This document shows, piece by piece, positions 41,096-50,955 of a stretch of DNA of 64,000 bases (positions are counted from its first letter, which is position 1; each line of letters begins with the position of its first letter). Both the position numbers and the translations under genes were made by a program. This DNA is from Verrucomicrobiota bacterium. Lineage in GTDB: Bacteria; Verrucomicrobiota; Verrucomicrobiia; Opitutales; Seribacteraceae. Under the pieces are notes generated by a model. It saw only the letters and a list, made by a program, of their open reading frames with translations. It was not told where the DNA came from and did not search any database. The stretch spans positions 224,001 to 288,000 of the forward strand of contig JAQBYT010000002.1 of the NCBI GenBank assembly GCA_027622665.1, written 5' to 3'.

Positions 41096-43921
41096 ATGCA
41101 TTTCCCCGCGAATAGAGGCATTCTCCTCCTCGCCTTGGCCTTGCAGGTTACCCTTTTATCCGAAGCCAATCCGTTGGAGACACCGCTTGGGAAGCAGGCC
41201 TTTCAGCGCTTCGAGAAGTACTGCTTCGATTGCCATGACGAGGAGTCGAAGAAGGGAGACCTCGACCTAGTTGCTCTCTTGGAGAAAGGGGGCGACCACA
41301 CCCTGGCTTTCGAGAACCTGGTCACGGCGAAGATGCCGCCGAAAAACAAGAAGCAGCCAAGCGCGCAAGAGAAACGCTTGATGCTCGATTGGCTGGCTCG
41401 GCGCCAAGCCGAAAACAACCCCGATCCCTACCGCCGGATCAGTCGCCACGAGTTCATCCATTCGGCCAACGACCTCCTCGGTGTGGAACTCGACCTGACC
41501 GGGGAAATCCCTGAGGACCGCGGAACCAACGATTTCGATTCGGACCGTAGAATCAAGCTGACCAGGGAGATGCTCGCCTCCTATTTCTCGGTAGCCGATG
41601 AAATGCTCGAGTTCGCCTTGCCCGCCGAGGGCTTTCCTGCCGAGCGGACTTGGCTGACCAACAAGATCAAGGACAGCCACAAAACCTACAACCTCTATAC
41701 CCGCAAATACAAGGAGGGTATTCTCTTCTCTTGGACGCGAGCCAACAACGGGAATAGTTACTCCTTCTTCTACGACAACTTCGATCCGCCCGTCAAAGGA
41801 TGGTACGAGCTGACTTTTGATGCCATGAAGTTGGGAGACTTCCCTGAGGACGTCAGTCTCGAGGTTTTTGCGGGAAAATATTACTATGCGGATGATCGTC
41901 CGCAACCCCAGCGCCTCCTCGACGTCATCTCCCTGGGCAACCGGGAACTGAAGTCCCATAAGGTTAAAGTCTTTCTGCGTCCCGGGGAGAACGTTTCGGT
42001 GCACTGCTACTCGAAGCACAACTTCCGCCAAAGGAACGGGAACCAGGGGGCCTACGTAAAGCAACTGAAGGTTCGCGGTCCGATTCTCGACCAATGGCCG
42101 CCTACTTCCTATAAACAGATTTTTGGCGACCTGCCCCTGAAAACTCCCGTCAGGGAAGCAAAGGAGGTTTCCATGACCCAGACCAACCTCAAGGCCATCG
42201 GGGGAAACGTCACCGTGAGCAGTTTCCAGAAGGGAATGGAAATGGAAAGGATGTTGGACGGTTCCAACCGGACTTTCTGGCATACCCGCTTCAAGCCGAC
42301 CCTGGCCAAGCCCCCTCACCACGTCACCATTGAAAACCCTGACAGCAAGGAAATCGAGGGGCTCAATTACGCCACTTGGACGGGCGGCAATGGCAACGGG
42401 CAGGTCAAGGCATACGCCATCCATCTTTCGGAGGACGGAAAGAACTGGGGGCCTCCCATCCTAAAGGGCGACCTCGAGATCAGGCTAGCCAACGAACAAC
42501 CCATCCTCTTTCCAGAGAAAACCACCAAGCGCTTCATCAAGTTTCTCGTTGCCGATGCCCATTCGATTGACGGCAGGTCCATCGCTTCCATCGGCAAGCT
42601 CGACGTCATGACGTCTTTTTCGCCGAATGATTCCACGGCAAAGATAACCGTTTCCTCAAGCTCGCCCGATGAGCTCAAAAACGTGATCAAGCGTTTTGCC
42701 GAAAAGGCTTTCTCCTCGAGTTTGAGCGAGGAGGAACTGGCTCCTTACTACGGCGTAAGTCTGAACTCCTTGAAGGAACAGGGTGATTTCGTGCAAGCGG
42801 CCAAGCACGGGCTGAAGGCGGTTCTTTGTTCCCATCGTTTTCTGATGGCCCCCGGTGAACATGCCAACCAGTCCTACTCCAGGGCGGCCCACCTTGCCCG
42901 GATTCTTTGGCTTTCCGTCCCCGACGAAAAACTCCTCGGCCTATCGAAAACAAAAACGCTCTCCGCCCAAACGATTCCCGCTCAAATCGACCGCATGCTC
43001 AAGGACGAGAAGAGTCGGCGCATGATCCATTCCTTCTGTGACCAGTGGCTTAACCTCCGGTCCTTCGACAAGGTTACGCCCTCTCTCAAGCTTTATCCCA
43101 AATACGACGACCTGCTCAACCACTACCTTCCGATCGAGACCGAGGCTTATCTCGAGCATTTGATCCGGGAGAACCTGCCCGTCGGTTATCTGATTGATTC
43201 TGATTTTTCCATCCTCAATCAGCGCCTTGCCCAGCATTATGGGATAGAAGGCGTGATTAGTCAGGAGATGCGTAAAGTCTCATTCAAGCCGAGTGTCCCG
43301 CGCGGAGGGCTTTTAACCATGGGAAGTGTCCTCAAGGTGACGGCGGATGGGTTCGACACTTCGCCCATCCTGCGAGGGGCATGGATTTCGAAGAATATCG
43401 CCGGTAACACGCTATCGCCCCCTCCCGAAGATATTGAAGTCATCGAACCCGAACATGGCAAGGACGCCGCCACCCTGCGGGAGCAAATCGAGGTGCACAA
43501 GAACAACCAAGCGTGCTTCGCATGCCACAAGAGCATCGACCCGTACGGTTTCGCCCTCGAGAGCTTTGACGCCACCGGGCAATGGCGAGTCCGCTACCGG
43601 GTAAAGAAACCACATGGGGGAACTTTCCAATACAGGCCAAAAGGTTATTACGACCTGACTGGGGTGGTGGACCCGTCCGGGGAGATTGAAAAGGAAAAAT
43701 TCAAAGACATCTTCGGACTAAAAAAAATCCTGCTCTCCGATCACAAGAGGATCGCCTACAACTTCATCAAGAAACTTTTCGAGTACGCCAACGGCTACAA
43801 ACCAAGCCTCAATCAACGCCTCGACCTCTTTGCCCTGATCCCCGACGAACCAAACGAATGCCGCATGAAGGACTTGATCACGAAGACCCTGGTCTATTCA
43901 CTTGGAGATGCTCAAGAATGA
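41096..43921 (+). CDS. DUF1592/DUF1588 di-haem protein with inserted discoidin (F5/8 type C, CBM32-like) domain
   Basis: CFDCH; RRISRHEF; insert MLDGSNRTFWHT...NGQVKAYAIHLSEDGKNW...RFIKF; FCDQWLNL; RGGLLTMGSVL; CFACH. Confidence 0.88.
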   Translation: MHFPANRGILLLALALQVTLLSEANPLETPLGKQAFQRFEKYCFDCHDEESKKGDLDLVALLEKGGDHTLAFENLVTAKMPPKNKKQPSAQEKRLMLDWLARRQAENNPDPYRRISRHEFIHSANDLLGVELDLTGEIPEDRGTNDFDSDRRIKLTREMLASYFSVADEMLEFALPAEGFPAERTWLTNKIKDSHKTYNLYTRKYKEGILFSWTRANNGNSYSFFYDNFDPPVKGWYELTFDAMKLGDFPEDVSLEVFAGKYYYADDRPQPQRLLDVISLGNRELKSHKVKVFLRPGENVSVHCYSKHNFRQRNGNQGAYVKQLKVRGPILDQWPPTSYKQIFGDLPLKTPVREAKEVSMTQTNLKAIGGNVTVSSFQKGMEMERMLDGSNRTFWHTRFKPTLAKPPHHVTIENPDSKEIEGLNYATWTGGNGNGQVKAYAIHLSEDGKNWGPPILKGDLEIRLANEQPILFPEKTTKRFIKFLVADAHSIDGRSIASIGKLDVMTSFSPNDSTAKITVSSSSPDELKNVIKRFAEKAFSSSLSEEELAPYYGVSLNSLKEQGDFVQAAKHGLKAVLCSHRFLMAPGEHANQSYSRAAHLARILWLSVPDEKLLGLSKTKTLSAQTIPAQIDRMLKDEKSRRMIHSFCDQWLNLRSFDKVTPSLKLYPKYDDLLNHYLPIETEAYLEHLIRENLPVGYLIDSDFSILNQRLAQHYGIEGVISQEMRKVSFKPSVPRGGLLTMGSVLKVTADGFDTSPILRGAWISKNIAGNTLSPPPEDIEVIEPEHGKDAATLREQIEVHKNNQACFACHKSIDPYGFALESFDATGQWRVRYRVKKPHGGTFQYRPKGYYDLTGVVDPSGEIEKEKFKDIFGLKKILLSDHKRIAYNFIKKLFEYANGYKPSLNQRLDLFALIPDEPNECRMKDLITKTLVYSLGDAQE

Positions 43922-45150
43922 GAACTATCAGCAGACAAGAATTCCTCAAGGCCGGGACGGCCCTGCCCCTTGCCCTGCAATCGCTTGACCTGCGGGCCGC
44001 CACCAAGCCGAAATCGACTGTTCCACCACGGCGGATCATTTTCATCTGTAGCTGCCTCGGCTTCTACGAGCCATACTTCTTCCCCAAGAAACGGGGAGAC
44101 CTTGGGACTTCCGATTACCTCAAGGGTATGAAGACCCGCGATAAGATGACGGTCTTCCAGAACTTGTTTCACCCCGGCATGGACACGAGCAACCACGACT
44201 CGGAAAAGTCCTTCCTTACGGGAAGCCTGAGTCCCGAATCGCCCACCTTCTCAAATGGGATCTCCCTGGACCAGGTACTGGCCCGCCAAATGGGAGGAGA
44301 TACCCGCTTCCCCTTCTTGAACTTCAGCATCTACGACCGGGGCTGGGGAATATCCTGGAATGACCGGGGCTCACCCATTCCCCCCATGCACGACGAGGAG
44401 AAGATTTTCGGGAAGCTCTTCAAGGAAGAGGATCTGCAAGCCAAGAAGCAACAACTTAGGAACGACCAGAACATCCTCGATTGCCTGCATCGCGACATGG
44501 CGCAGCTGCGCAAGCGGGGCTCTCAACCGGGCAAGCTGGACAGCTACAAGGCGGCCATCCGTGAACTGGAAGCCCAGCTGGATCATGAGAAGTTCTGGCT
44601 CAACGCCCAAAAGCCCAAGGTCGAGAAATCCCTCAGTGAGGACCGAGAGTTCGCCTTCTCGACCAAGATCAGCAACCTCTTCGAACTCGCGAAACTTGCT
44701 TTCCGGACCGACTCGACCCGCGTCATCACCCTCTCCATGGACTGGATCGACGGGGCTATCAAGGTGCCCGGGGCCACCGGCGGTTGGCACACCCTCTCCC
44801 ACCATGGTGGCAAGCCCAACATGATCGGCCAGTTGAGCAAGATCGAGATCGACACCCTCAAGCACTTCAACCGCTTCCTTTTCGAGATGGATCAGATTAA
44901 GGAAGGCGAGGGGACTTTGCTCGACCACACGACCGTGGTCATGGGAAGCAACTTCGGCGACTCATCCAATCACACCTGCAACAACCTCCCCATGATCGTG
45001 GCCGGGGGTGGGTATCGTCACCAAGCCCAAACGGTGCTCGAAAAGCCGACTCCGCTGTGCAACCTCTACCTCGAATTGCTCCACAAGCACGACGTCGACG
45101 CAGGCGCGTTTGGAAGTAGCCAGGAGGATATGGGGTTGCTCAAGGTGTGA
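43918..45150 (+). CDS. DUF1552 (HXXSHH) family protein
   Basis: ATG at 43918 overlaps the upstream TGA; SRQEFLK; ISLDQ; WHTLSHHG; EGEGTLLDHT; PLCNLYL. Confidence 0.9.
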   Translation: MRTISRQEFLKAGTALPLALQSLDLRAATKPKSTVPPRRIIFICSCLGFYEPYFFPKKRGDLGTSDYLKGMKTRDKMTVFQNLFHPGMDTSNHDSEKSFLTGSLSPESPTFSNGISLDQVLARQMGGDTRFPFLNFSIYDRGWGISWNDRGSPIPPMHDEEKIFGKLFKEEDLQAKKQQLRNDQNILDCLHRDMAQLRKRGSQPGKLDSYKAAIRELEAQLDHEKFWLNAQKPKVEKSLSEDREFAFSTKISNLFELAKLAFRTDSTRVITLSMDWIDGAIKVPGATGGWHTLSHHGGKPNMIGQLSKIEIDTLKHFNRFLFEMDQIKEGEGTLLDHTTVVMGSNFGDSSNHTCNNLPMIVAGGGYRHQAQTVLEKPTPLCNLYLELLHKHDVDAGAFGSSQEDMGLLKV

Positions 45151-45263
45151 CGGTAATTATCTCTCCAATCTGCAAAAGATTACACTGCTTGCTTTGGGAT
45201 CACTGAATAAATTCGACCCTTCAAGGGTCTTAACATACGATTATGCCTGATTTGAAAGGGACT

Positions 45264-45332
45264 ATGATCAATCGTAGAAAGATGCTTCAGGGGATGGCAG
45301 CAGCGGCTGTTGCCGCTCCACTGACACCATAG
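45264..45332 (+). pseudogene. Orphan Tat signal-peptide micro-ORF (22 aa)
   Basis: gaaaggg RBS then MINRRKMLQGMAAAAVAAPLTP-stop. Confidence 0.55.
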
Positions 45333-45411
45333 AAATGTGAAGGTGAAAATCTTAAACGTGAAATATTAACAAAAGGAAGCCAATAGTTTTGAAATTGGCT
45401 CAAGGAAAAAC

Positions 45412-47928
45412 ATGTTACTTGAAAAAAAAATCGAGAAGAGGAAAAGTTTACTTTACTACCTGATGTTCGTCGGGATCATGTTTCTCTTGCCAGAACATGT
45501 TGAAGCAAACGAATTTATTGTCAAAGACGGTAAAGCCGGAGCTGAAATTATCATTGCTGAAAATCCTACCCGCATGCAGAAACTTGCAGCAGAGGAATTG
45601 CAATTTTTTATTCATAAGATTAGCGGAGCCAACTTGAAGATCAGCACCTCGGTAACCGACGAGAACCTGGTGAAAATCTATGTAGGAAAAAGCAGCTACA
45701 CTGATGCGCTGAAGCATTCAACCGAGGGGCTTAAATATGATGCTTACCACATGATCTCCGGCAATGATTATCTTGTTTTATTGGGGAATGATGAGGATGC
45801 ATCGATGAAAGGCCCTGGTGATAACATCTATAAAAGAGATTCTAAGAGCAGCGAAGAAGCGACCGAAAAGTGGGATAAACTCGTCGGTCATAGTCGCTGG
45901 GTACTCCCGGGGAGGAGTCGATACCAAAGCTATAGCAGAGAACTCGGCGTGAGGTATAATGATCAGCGTGGGTCACTGATGGCGGTTTATGATTTGTTAA
46001 GAAGTTTGGGGGCCAGATGGTATTTCCCAGGTGAATTTGGCGAAGTTTTACCTCAAACAAAGACTATTGCTCTCCCGAAGGTTAAAAAGACAATCCATCC
46101 TGATTTTCCCATGCGTCAGATTACCGGATCTGCTTACAAATTTGGGAAAAGCAACAAGAGGCAAGCCCTCTGGATGATGAGACTTGGGTTGGGCGGGTTA
46201 GCTGTTAGCGGTGTGCATGGAATAAATAGTGTCATTCATCGTGATGAAACCCGCAATGACCACCCAGAGAGATTTCTTGTGACTAGAGGAAAGAGAGCCT
46301 CCGCTGGCCATGGAAAACCCTGCCTTTCTTCGAAGGGACTCCTTAAAGATAATATTGAATTCGTGCGTACCTTATTTGATGTTTACGGCAAGAAATCTGC
46401 TTCGGTTATGCCAACAGATGGTTATGTAGTATGTGGCTGTGATCTATGCAAAGGAAAATTTAATCCTGAGCTAGGAGCAAGAGGAGTGCAATCCAACCAT
46501 GTCTGGACTTATGTCAATAATGTCGCCAAAGAAGTGTATAAAACCCATCCTGATCGTAAAATCGTTTGCGCTGCGTATGGCTCCTATGTGGTTTCGCCCA
46601 GCAATATTGACCGAATGAGCCCCAATGTGTATGTCATGCTCAACAATGGGCGTGGAGGGTTTGTCGATCCAGAGCTTCGTGATTTATCCATAAGTCGACG
46701 AAATGAATGGTTGAAAAAGTTGACCAGTAAACAACCTTTCTCCACACATGGTAACTACACAATACTCGGAAATTCTCCTGTGCCAATGTACATACCGCAT
46801 ACGATAGCAAAAGATATACGTTCATTAAAAGGTATCTGTGTTGGCGAATACATCGAAGAGAACTGTCTCCGACCAGCTGAATTACGCGATGATCAGCCGG
46901 CCCCAGTTAAGTTAGCGATCAACCATCTCAATATTTATGTCACAGCTCGTTTATGGTGGGATGCAGATCAGGATATTGATGTTTTACTAAATGATTACTA
47001 TAAGAAGTTCTATGGTCCTGCAGAAAAGGGAATGAAGGCATTTTTTGAGTACTGTGAGGCAAATGTCAGGACTATGGCTAGGAGCAAAGAGCAAATACAA
47101 AAAGCCCTGGATCTTTTTGGTCTTGCAGAAGAAAAAGTTGATAAGAGTTCCATTTATGGTCAGCGGGTTGGATTGATCTCAAAATCTCTCGATTCATCTA
47201 GAAATTTACTCAGGCAGCTCTCCGTTGATCGAAGTAATGTTTCTAGGTTCAAACCCTTTCGATTTGATAGTGATAAGGAAATCGTCATCGATGGTGATCT
47301 TGAAGAGCCTTACTGGAAACGCACAAGGTTTGATCAATTGAAGAGTACGAATGTGAAAAACCATAAACCAAAAATTAAAACACTGCTTAAAAAAGGCATG
47401 TCTACATCATGCCTCTATTTGGCTTTGATTTGCGAGACTGAAGAGGGCAAGCAAACGGAAAAATTGAACAAAAAAAAGGATGACCCTAGTATATGGGAAG
47501 GTGAGTATGTTGATATTTTAATTGAGACCGATACGCATGCTTATTATCAGATCAGCATAAGCCCCAATGGAGAACTGGTTGACCTAAAAGTAAATGGCGA
47601 AAAGCAGGACTTCAGATGGAATTCTCTGGCAGAATACGCTATTAAAAAGAGTAAAAATCAATGGGTTTTAGAGATCAAGATACCATTTTTAACCAATAAC
47701 GGTGATCCAAACCATAAACTTGATGGGCGTTATCCGAAAGGTGATCAAGCTCCATGGTATATCAATGTAGGTCGGAAAAGAATCAAAGAGGGTAAACCCC
47801 TGCTTTGTTCAGTCGCTCATACCGGAGTAGACTCATTTCATGTCATCGAAAAGTTTGCCCGTTGTTTTACGGGTAAATCCAGTGCTGAAAGAGCAGCCAA
47901 AGCAACTGCAAAACCTATTCCGGAATAG
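45412..47928 (+). CDS. DUF4838-type protein with C-terminal CBM9-like domain (putative glycan-active)
   Basis: AAEELQFFIHKISG, AVYDLLRSLGARWYFPGEFGE, PCLS, CGCDLC, ARLWWD, FYGPA, IDGDLEE..W, LYLALIC; visibly AT-richer than its flanks; start may be later. Confidence 0.75.
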   Translation: MLLEKKIEKRKSLLYYLMFVGIMFLLPEHVEANEFIVKDGKAGAEIIIAENPTRMQKLAAEELQFFIHKISGANLKISTSVTDENLVKIYVGKSSYTDALKHSTEGLKYDAYHMISGNDYLVLLGNDEDASMKGPGDNIYKRDSKSSEEATEKWDKLVGHSRWVLPGRSRYQSYSRELGVRYNDQRGSLMAVYDLLRSLGARWYFPGEFGEVLPQTKTIALPKVKKTIHPDFPMRQITGSAYKFGKSNKRQALWMMRLGLGGLAVSGVHGINSVIHRDETRNDHPERFLVTRGKRASAGHGKPCLSSKGLLKDNIEFVRTLFDVYGKKSASVMPTDGYVVCGCDLCKGKFNPELGARGVQSNHVWTYVNNVAKEVYKTHPDRKIVCAAYGSYVVSPSNIDRMSPNVYVMLNNGRGGFVDPELRDLSISRRNEWLKKLTSKQPFSTHGNYTILGNSPVPMYIPHTIAKDIRSLKGICVGEYIEENCLRPAELRDDQPAPVKLAINHLNIYVTARLWWDADQDIDVLLNDYYKKFYGPAEKGMKAFFEYCEANVRTMARSKEQIQKALDLFGLAEEKVDKSSIYGQRVGLISKSLDSSRNLLRQLSVDRSNVSRFKPFRFDSDKEIVIDGDLEEPYWKRTRFDQLKSTNVKNHKPKIKTLLKKGMSTSCLYLALICETEEGKQTEKLNKKKDDPSIWEGEYVDILIETDTHAYYQISISPNGELVDLKVNGEKQDFRWNSLAEYAIKKSKNQWVLEIKIPFLTNNGDPNHKLDGRYPKGDQAPWYINVGRKRIKEGKPLLCSVAHTGVDSFHVIEKFARCFTGKSSAERAAKATAKPIPE

Positions 47929-48032
47929 GAAAAGATAACTGACACGAGTGGCCAGTCCCTTTTGAATCCAACGGGAGTTTCACCCAAAGGTCGGGAGTTC
48001 GGTGCCGTCTAGGGAACGGAGAAATCCCGTTT

Positions 48033-48056
48033 CATATCGGGGACATATCGGGGACA
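48033..48056 (+). repeat. Tandem 11-nt direct repeat (catatcgggga)x2
   Basis: catatcggggacatatcggggaca read directly. Confidence 0.7.
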
Positions 48057-48073
48057 GGTTCATAAATTGATAA

Positions 48074-48170
48074 ATTATTATCGGAGACAAACTGATCATC
48101 ATGGCTGGCGGCAAGGGCACTTCGGTGGTGGCTCTCGACAAGCGAACCGGAAAAGAGACATGGAGGGCAC
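48074..48170 (+). pseudogene. Fragment of a PQQ-like beta-propeller gene
   Basis: IIIGDKLIIMAGGKGTSVVALDKRTGKETWRA is one typical blade (VALDxxTGxxxW); no 5' part. Confidence 0.65.
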
Positions 48171-48565
48171 GCACCTATGTCGTCATCGTCAAAGGGCACG
48201 AGGTTATCAATTCATTTCCGGGCATAAAGGTTCCTCTTTTTGGAAGAATCCTCAAACCCAAGCCGAGCTTCAACTACTTCATCCTGCACAACGGAAAGAC
48301 CCATTGCGCATGGCTGGGGGATTCGGCGGAAGCGAATCACCTCCGGAAGCTGGGGAAAAAGAAGGTCCGTGCACCGTAAGAACAGGAGCGTCACCTCACA
48401 AGTAATTCAGAAGCGGTCAATCCTTTCCTTGCTCTGAACCCGGAGCGCGCGATCATTGCCCAATAGCGCCAAACGCATCCTTCTTTACCGGGATGGAATG
48501 GCCAATTGGGAAGGAGAAGACATTGCCCCTAATGAGGCGATCCCGGATTGATAGCCGTAGTCTTC

Positions 48566-49201
48566 CTAGAGAGACTTTGCCTTGATATTCTTTACCAGAA
48601 CGATGCTTCCGGGATCATGGGCCTGGATGCCGAAGGTGCCTTGTGAGAGCTTTCTCTTTCCTTTGACGTCTGAAGGTTCTTCGTAGACCACCACGGTCTT
48701 GCCGTCCACTTTGGTTTCGACGCGGTTGCCCTTTACGATGATTTCATAGTGGAACCATTCGTTGTCCTTGGCCGGGGCCTTTAAATTCTTCTTTACGATG
48801 TACACGCTGCCCGTCTTCACCGGATCCCTTTGGGTCTGATTGATCTGCGCTTCGTGCCCGACCGGCCAGCCCTTGTCCTGATACTTGGTGTGGAAAAAGA
48901 TTCCGCCGTTTGAACCCGGCTTGGTCATCACGTCGGCCTTGAAATGAAAATCCTTCACGTCCTTGCCCTTGCCGGAATAGTAGACCATCGATGGCTTGCC
49001 GTGGCACTTGATCGATCCGTCCTCCACGGAAATACTGTCGGGGTTCCATTTGTCGACTTTCCAGTCGGTCAGGTCCTTCCCGTTGAACAACAGTTTCCAT
49101 CCATCCGCTTTTTCGGATTTGGAGAGGGCGTTATCACCAGCCGTTACCACGGTGGCAAAGGAGAAAAGGGCGAGAAGAACAATAGGAAATAATTTTTTCA
49201 T
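48566..49201 (-). CDS. DUF1080 secreted protein
   Basis: GWKLLFNGKDLTDW, SNGGIFFH, HEAQIN, KTGSVY, NEWF, GIQAHDP. Confidence 0.92.
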   Translation of the reverse strand: MKKLFPIVLLALFSFATVVTAGDNALSKSEKADGWKLLFNGKDLTDWKVDKWNPDSISVEDGSIKCHGKPSMVYYSGKGKDVKDFHFKADVMTKPGSNGGIFFHTKYQDKGWPVGHEAQINQTQRDPVKTGSVYIVKKNLKAPAKDNEWFHYEIIVKGNRVETKVDGKTVVVYEEPSDVKGKRKLSQGTFGIQAHDPGSIVLVKNIKAKSL

Positions 49202-49398
49202 CCCAAACTGTTATTCGAACGACGAAGGAAAATCAATCGCACTGTTGTTGTTTTTCCCATTTTGAAAAACGGAAGCATGATTGGAACGATCGGTGAAACT
49301 GCATGTCACGTGACTTTCATCTCGTTATTTTGAAACTTTTAGTAAGAAATTCGGTGCTTAAGACATTTGATCTTTGTATTCTATTATCTATAGTAACC

Positions 49399-49593
49399 AT
49401 GCGTATGCAGTTGAATTTCAATCGTCGTAGATTTCTCCGCGGCGCCGGGGTTCTCATTGCCCTGCCCGCGCTTGAATCAATCGGGTTTCGCCGTTTCGCG
49501 TCCGCCGCCACCCAGGCTTCCGTTGCCATTCCCAAACGAGCGGATTCTCCTCTTGGACAAGGAAGTCAAACATGGGCGCAGCTCGCCCGGTAA
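49399..49593 (+). pseudogene. 5' remnant of a DUF1552 gene
   Basis: MRMQLNFNRRRFLRGAGVLIALPALES...PKR matches the start of the 7035-8312 protein; similarity ends at ~49539. Confidence 0.8.
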
Positions 49594-49662
49594 AGCGGTA
49601 CCCAATGACCGTGAGGTCACTTTCCTGCCCGGAGGCGTGGCAATGCCTTGAGTGAATTGAGG

Positions 49663-50955
49663 CTATACATATTCGTTGGATAGTTCTTTCTCAGAGCTTA
49701 AAGTTTTCCAATGCTCGTCTTTTTTTATTTGGGGGTATAACCGTCTTACGATAACGAGTGAAATCACAATTAATGGGATGGCAAAGGTGAAACTCATTGC
49801 ATACCCACCATAGGCTGCAATTAAGTAGCTCGCACTGGCTCCAAGCATCATAGCGAAAACGCCGATGCAATCCATACAGGTATAATCTGTTCCTCCATGC
49901 CTTTTTCTGCTCCAATCCATCATCAAGGAAAAAAGGGCGACGGTTGTCATACCGGAAATCAGATGGTCAACGATTACTACCGGTAGAAGGATCGACATGT
50001 TCGTCCCTTCGGAACCAATACTCAGAATCAGGTAACCGCAAGCGGAGAGAACCTGCAGTGCTCCGAATACAAGCAAGGAACGAAGCCGTCCAAGTCGATT
50101 CACAAAAAGACCGGCCGTCAATGCCCCTCCCAATGCGGCAACTGGAGCAATGATCCCAAGAGTCAAACCAATTTCCTCAAAGTCCATTCCCCAGTCCTTG
50201 AACATAGTCGGGAGCAATGATCGAATGAAGCCTTCCAGCATCCGAAAGGCTGCAACCAAAGCAAGAACCTTGATTACTTTTGGTTGCCCTAAAAAATCTC
50301 GTAGACCGTTGAAGGTCTTGGCGGAGCCGTTATTTGAAAAAGACTGATTGTCCAAGATCGAACCTCTTGAAATTAGAATTGGAATAGTAGCCAGTAAGGT
50401 TATCACGGCCATGGCCACCAACAAGGTGCTCCAACCGAGGGCATTCATAAGCATGAGAATTAATCCTCCGCCTGCGACATAGCCGATCCAAAAGGTTCCG
50501 ACTTGAATGGCATTCCCCCAGCCTCGTTCGCTGTAGCCTAGAATTTGAACGGCGTGCCCATCAGTAGAGACATCCTGAATCGAGCTGAATATATTGATCA
50601 TGGCAACTCCAAGGACAAAGGTGGAGATAGATGCCCCGAACTGCCAATTGGCCAAGGCCACCATGGCCCCAGCGGTTAAAACCTGTAGTGGGATGATCCA
50701 TGACCTATATTTCCCTTGTTTTTGTGAGTGAAAACGCTCGACGAAAATTGACCAAATGAATTTCAGCACCCAAGGTGCATACAGGGCTGGGTAGAAAAGA
50801 GCTATTTGCTCAAGAGAAGCTCCACTATCTCTAAACACTACGGGGACCGTGTGCCGAAAGAAGCCGTTGGGAATACCTTGCGAGAAATACAAAGCCCCTA
50901 TCAGAACAAGCTTTGAGGGGAAATTGAGATGCATCTGTTTATATGTGAATTTCAC
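49663..50955 (-). CDS. MFS transporter, AmpG/RhtX/FptX-like
   Basis: LYFSQGIP, PWVLKFIWS, YRSWII, SSIQDVSTDG, ERGWGNAIQ, GTDYT; about 12 hydrophobic segments; alternative ATG at 50934. Confidence 0.85.
   Translation of the reverse strand: MKFTYKQMHLNFPSKLVLIGALYFSQGIPNGFFRHTVPVVFRDSGASLEQIALFYPALYAPWVLKFIWSIFVERFHSQKQGKYRSWIIPLQVLTAGAMVALANWQFGASISTFVLGVAMINIFSSIQDVSTDGHAVQILGYSERGWGNAIQVGTFWIGYVAGGGLILMLMNALGWSTLLVAMAVITLLATIPILISRGSILDNQSFSNNGSAKTFNGLRDFLGQPKVIKVLALVAAFRMLEGFIRSLLPTMFKDWGMDFEEIGLTLGIIAPVAALGGALTAGLFVNRLGRLRSLLVFGALQVLSACGYLILSIGSEGTNMSILLPVVIVDHLISGMTTVALFSLMMDWSRKRHGGTDYTCMDCIGVFAMMLGASASYLIAAYGGYAMSFTFAIPLIVISLVIVRRLYPQIKKDEHWKTLSSEKELSNEYV

Noticed and set aside
47975..48010. 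tRNA-like string (cccaaaggtcgggagttcg)
   Set aside because: The T-stem cannot pair, and there is no valid anticodon loop or acceptor stem
49305..49314. Palindrome gtcacgtgac (also gctgagctcagc at 53285-53296)
   Set aside because: Isolated short palindromes are expected by chance in 64 kb
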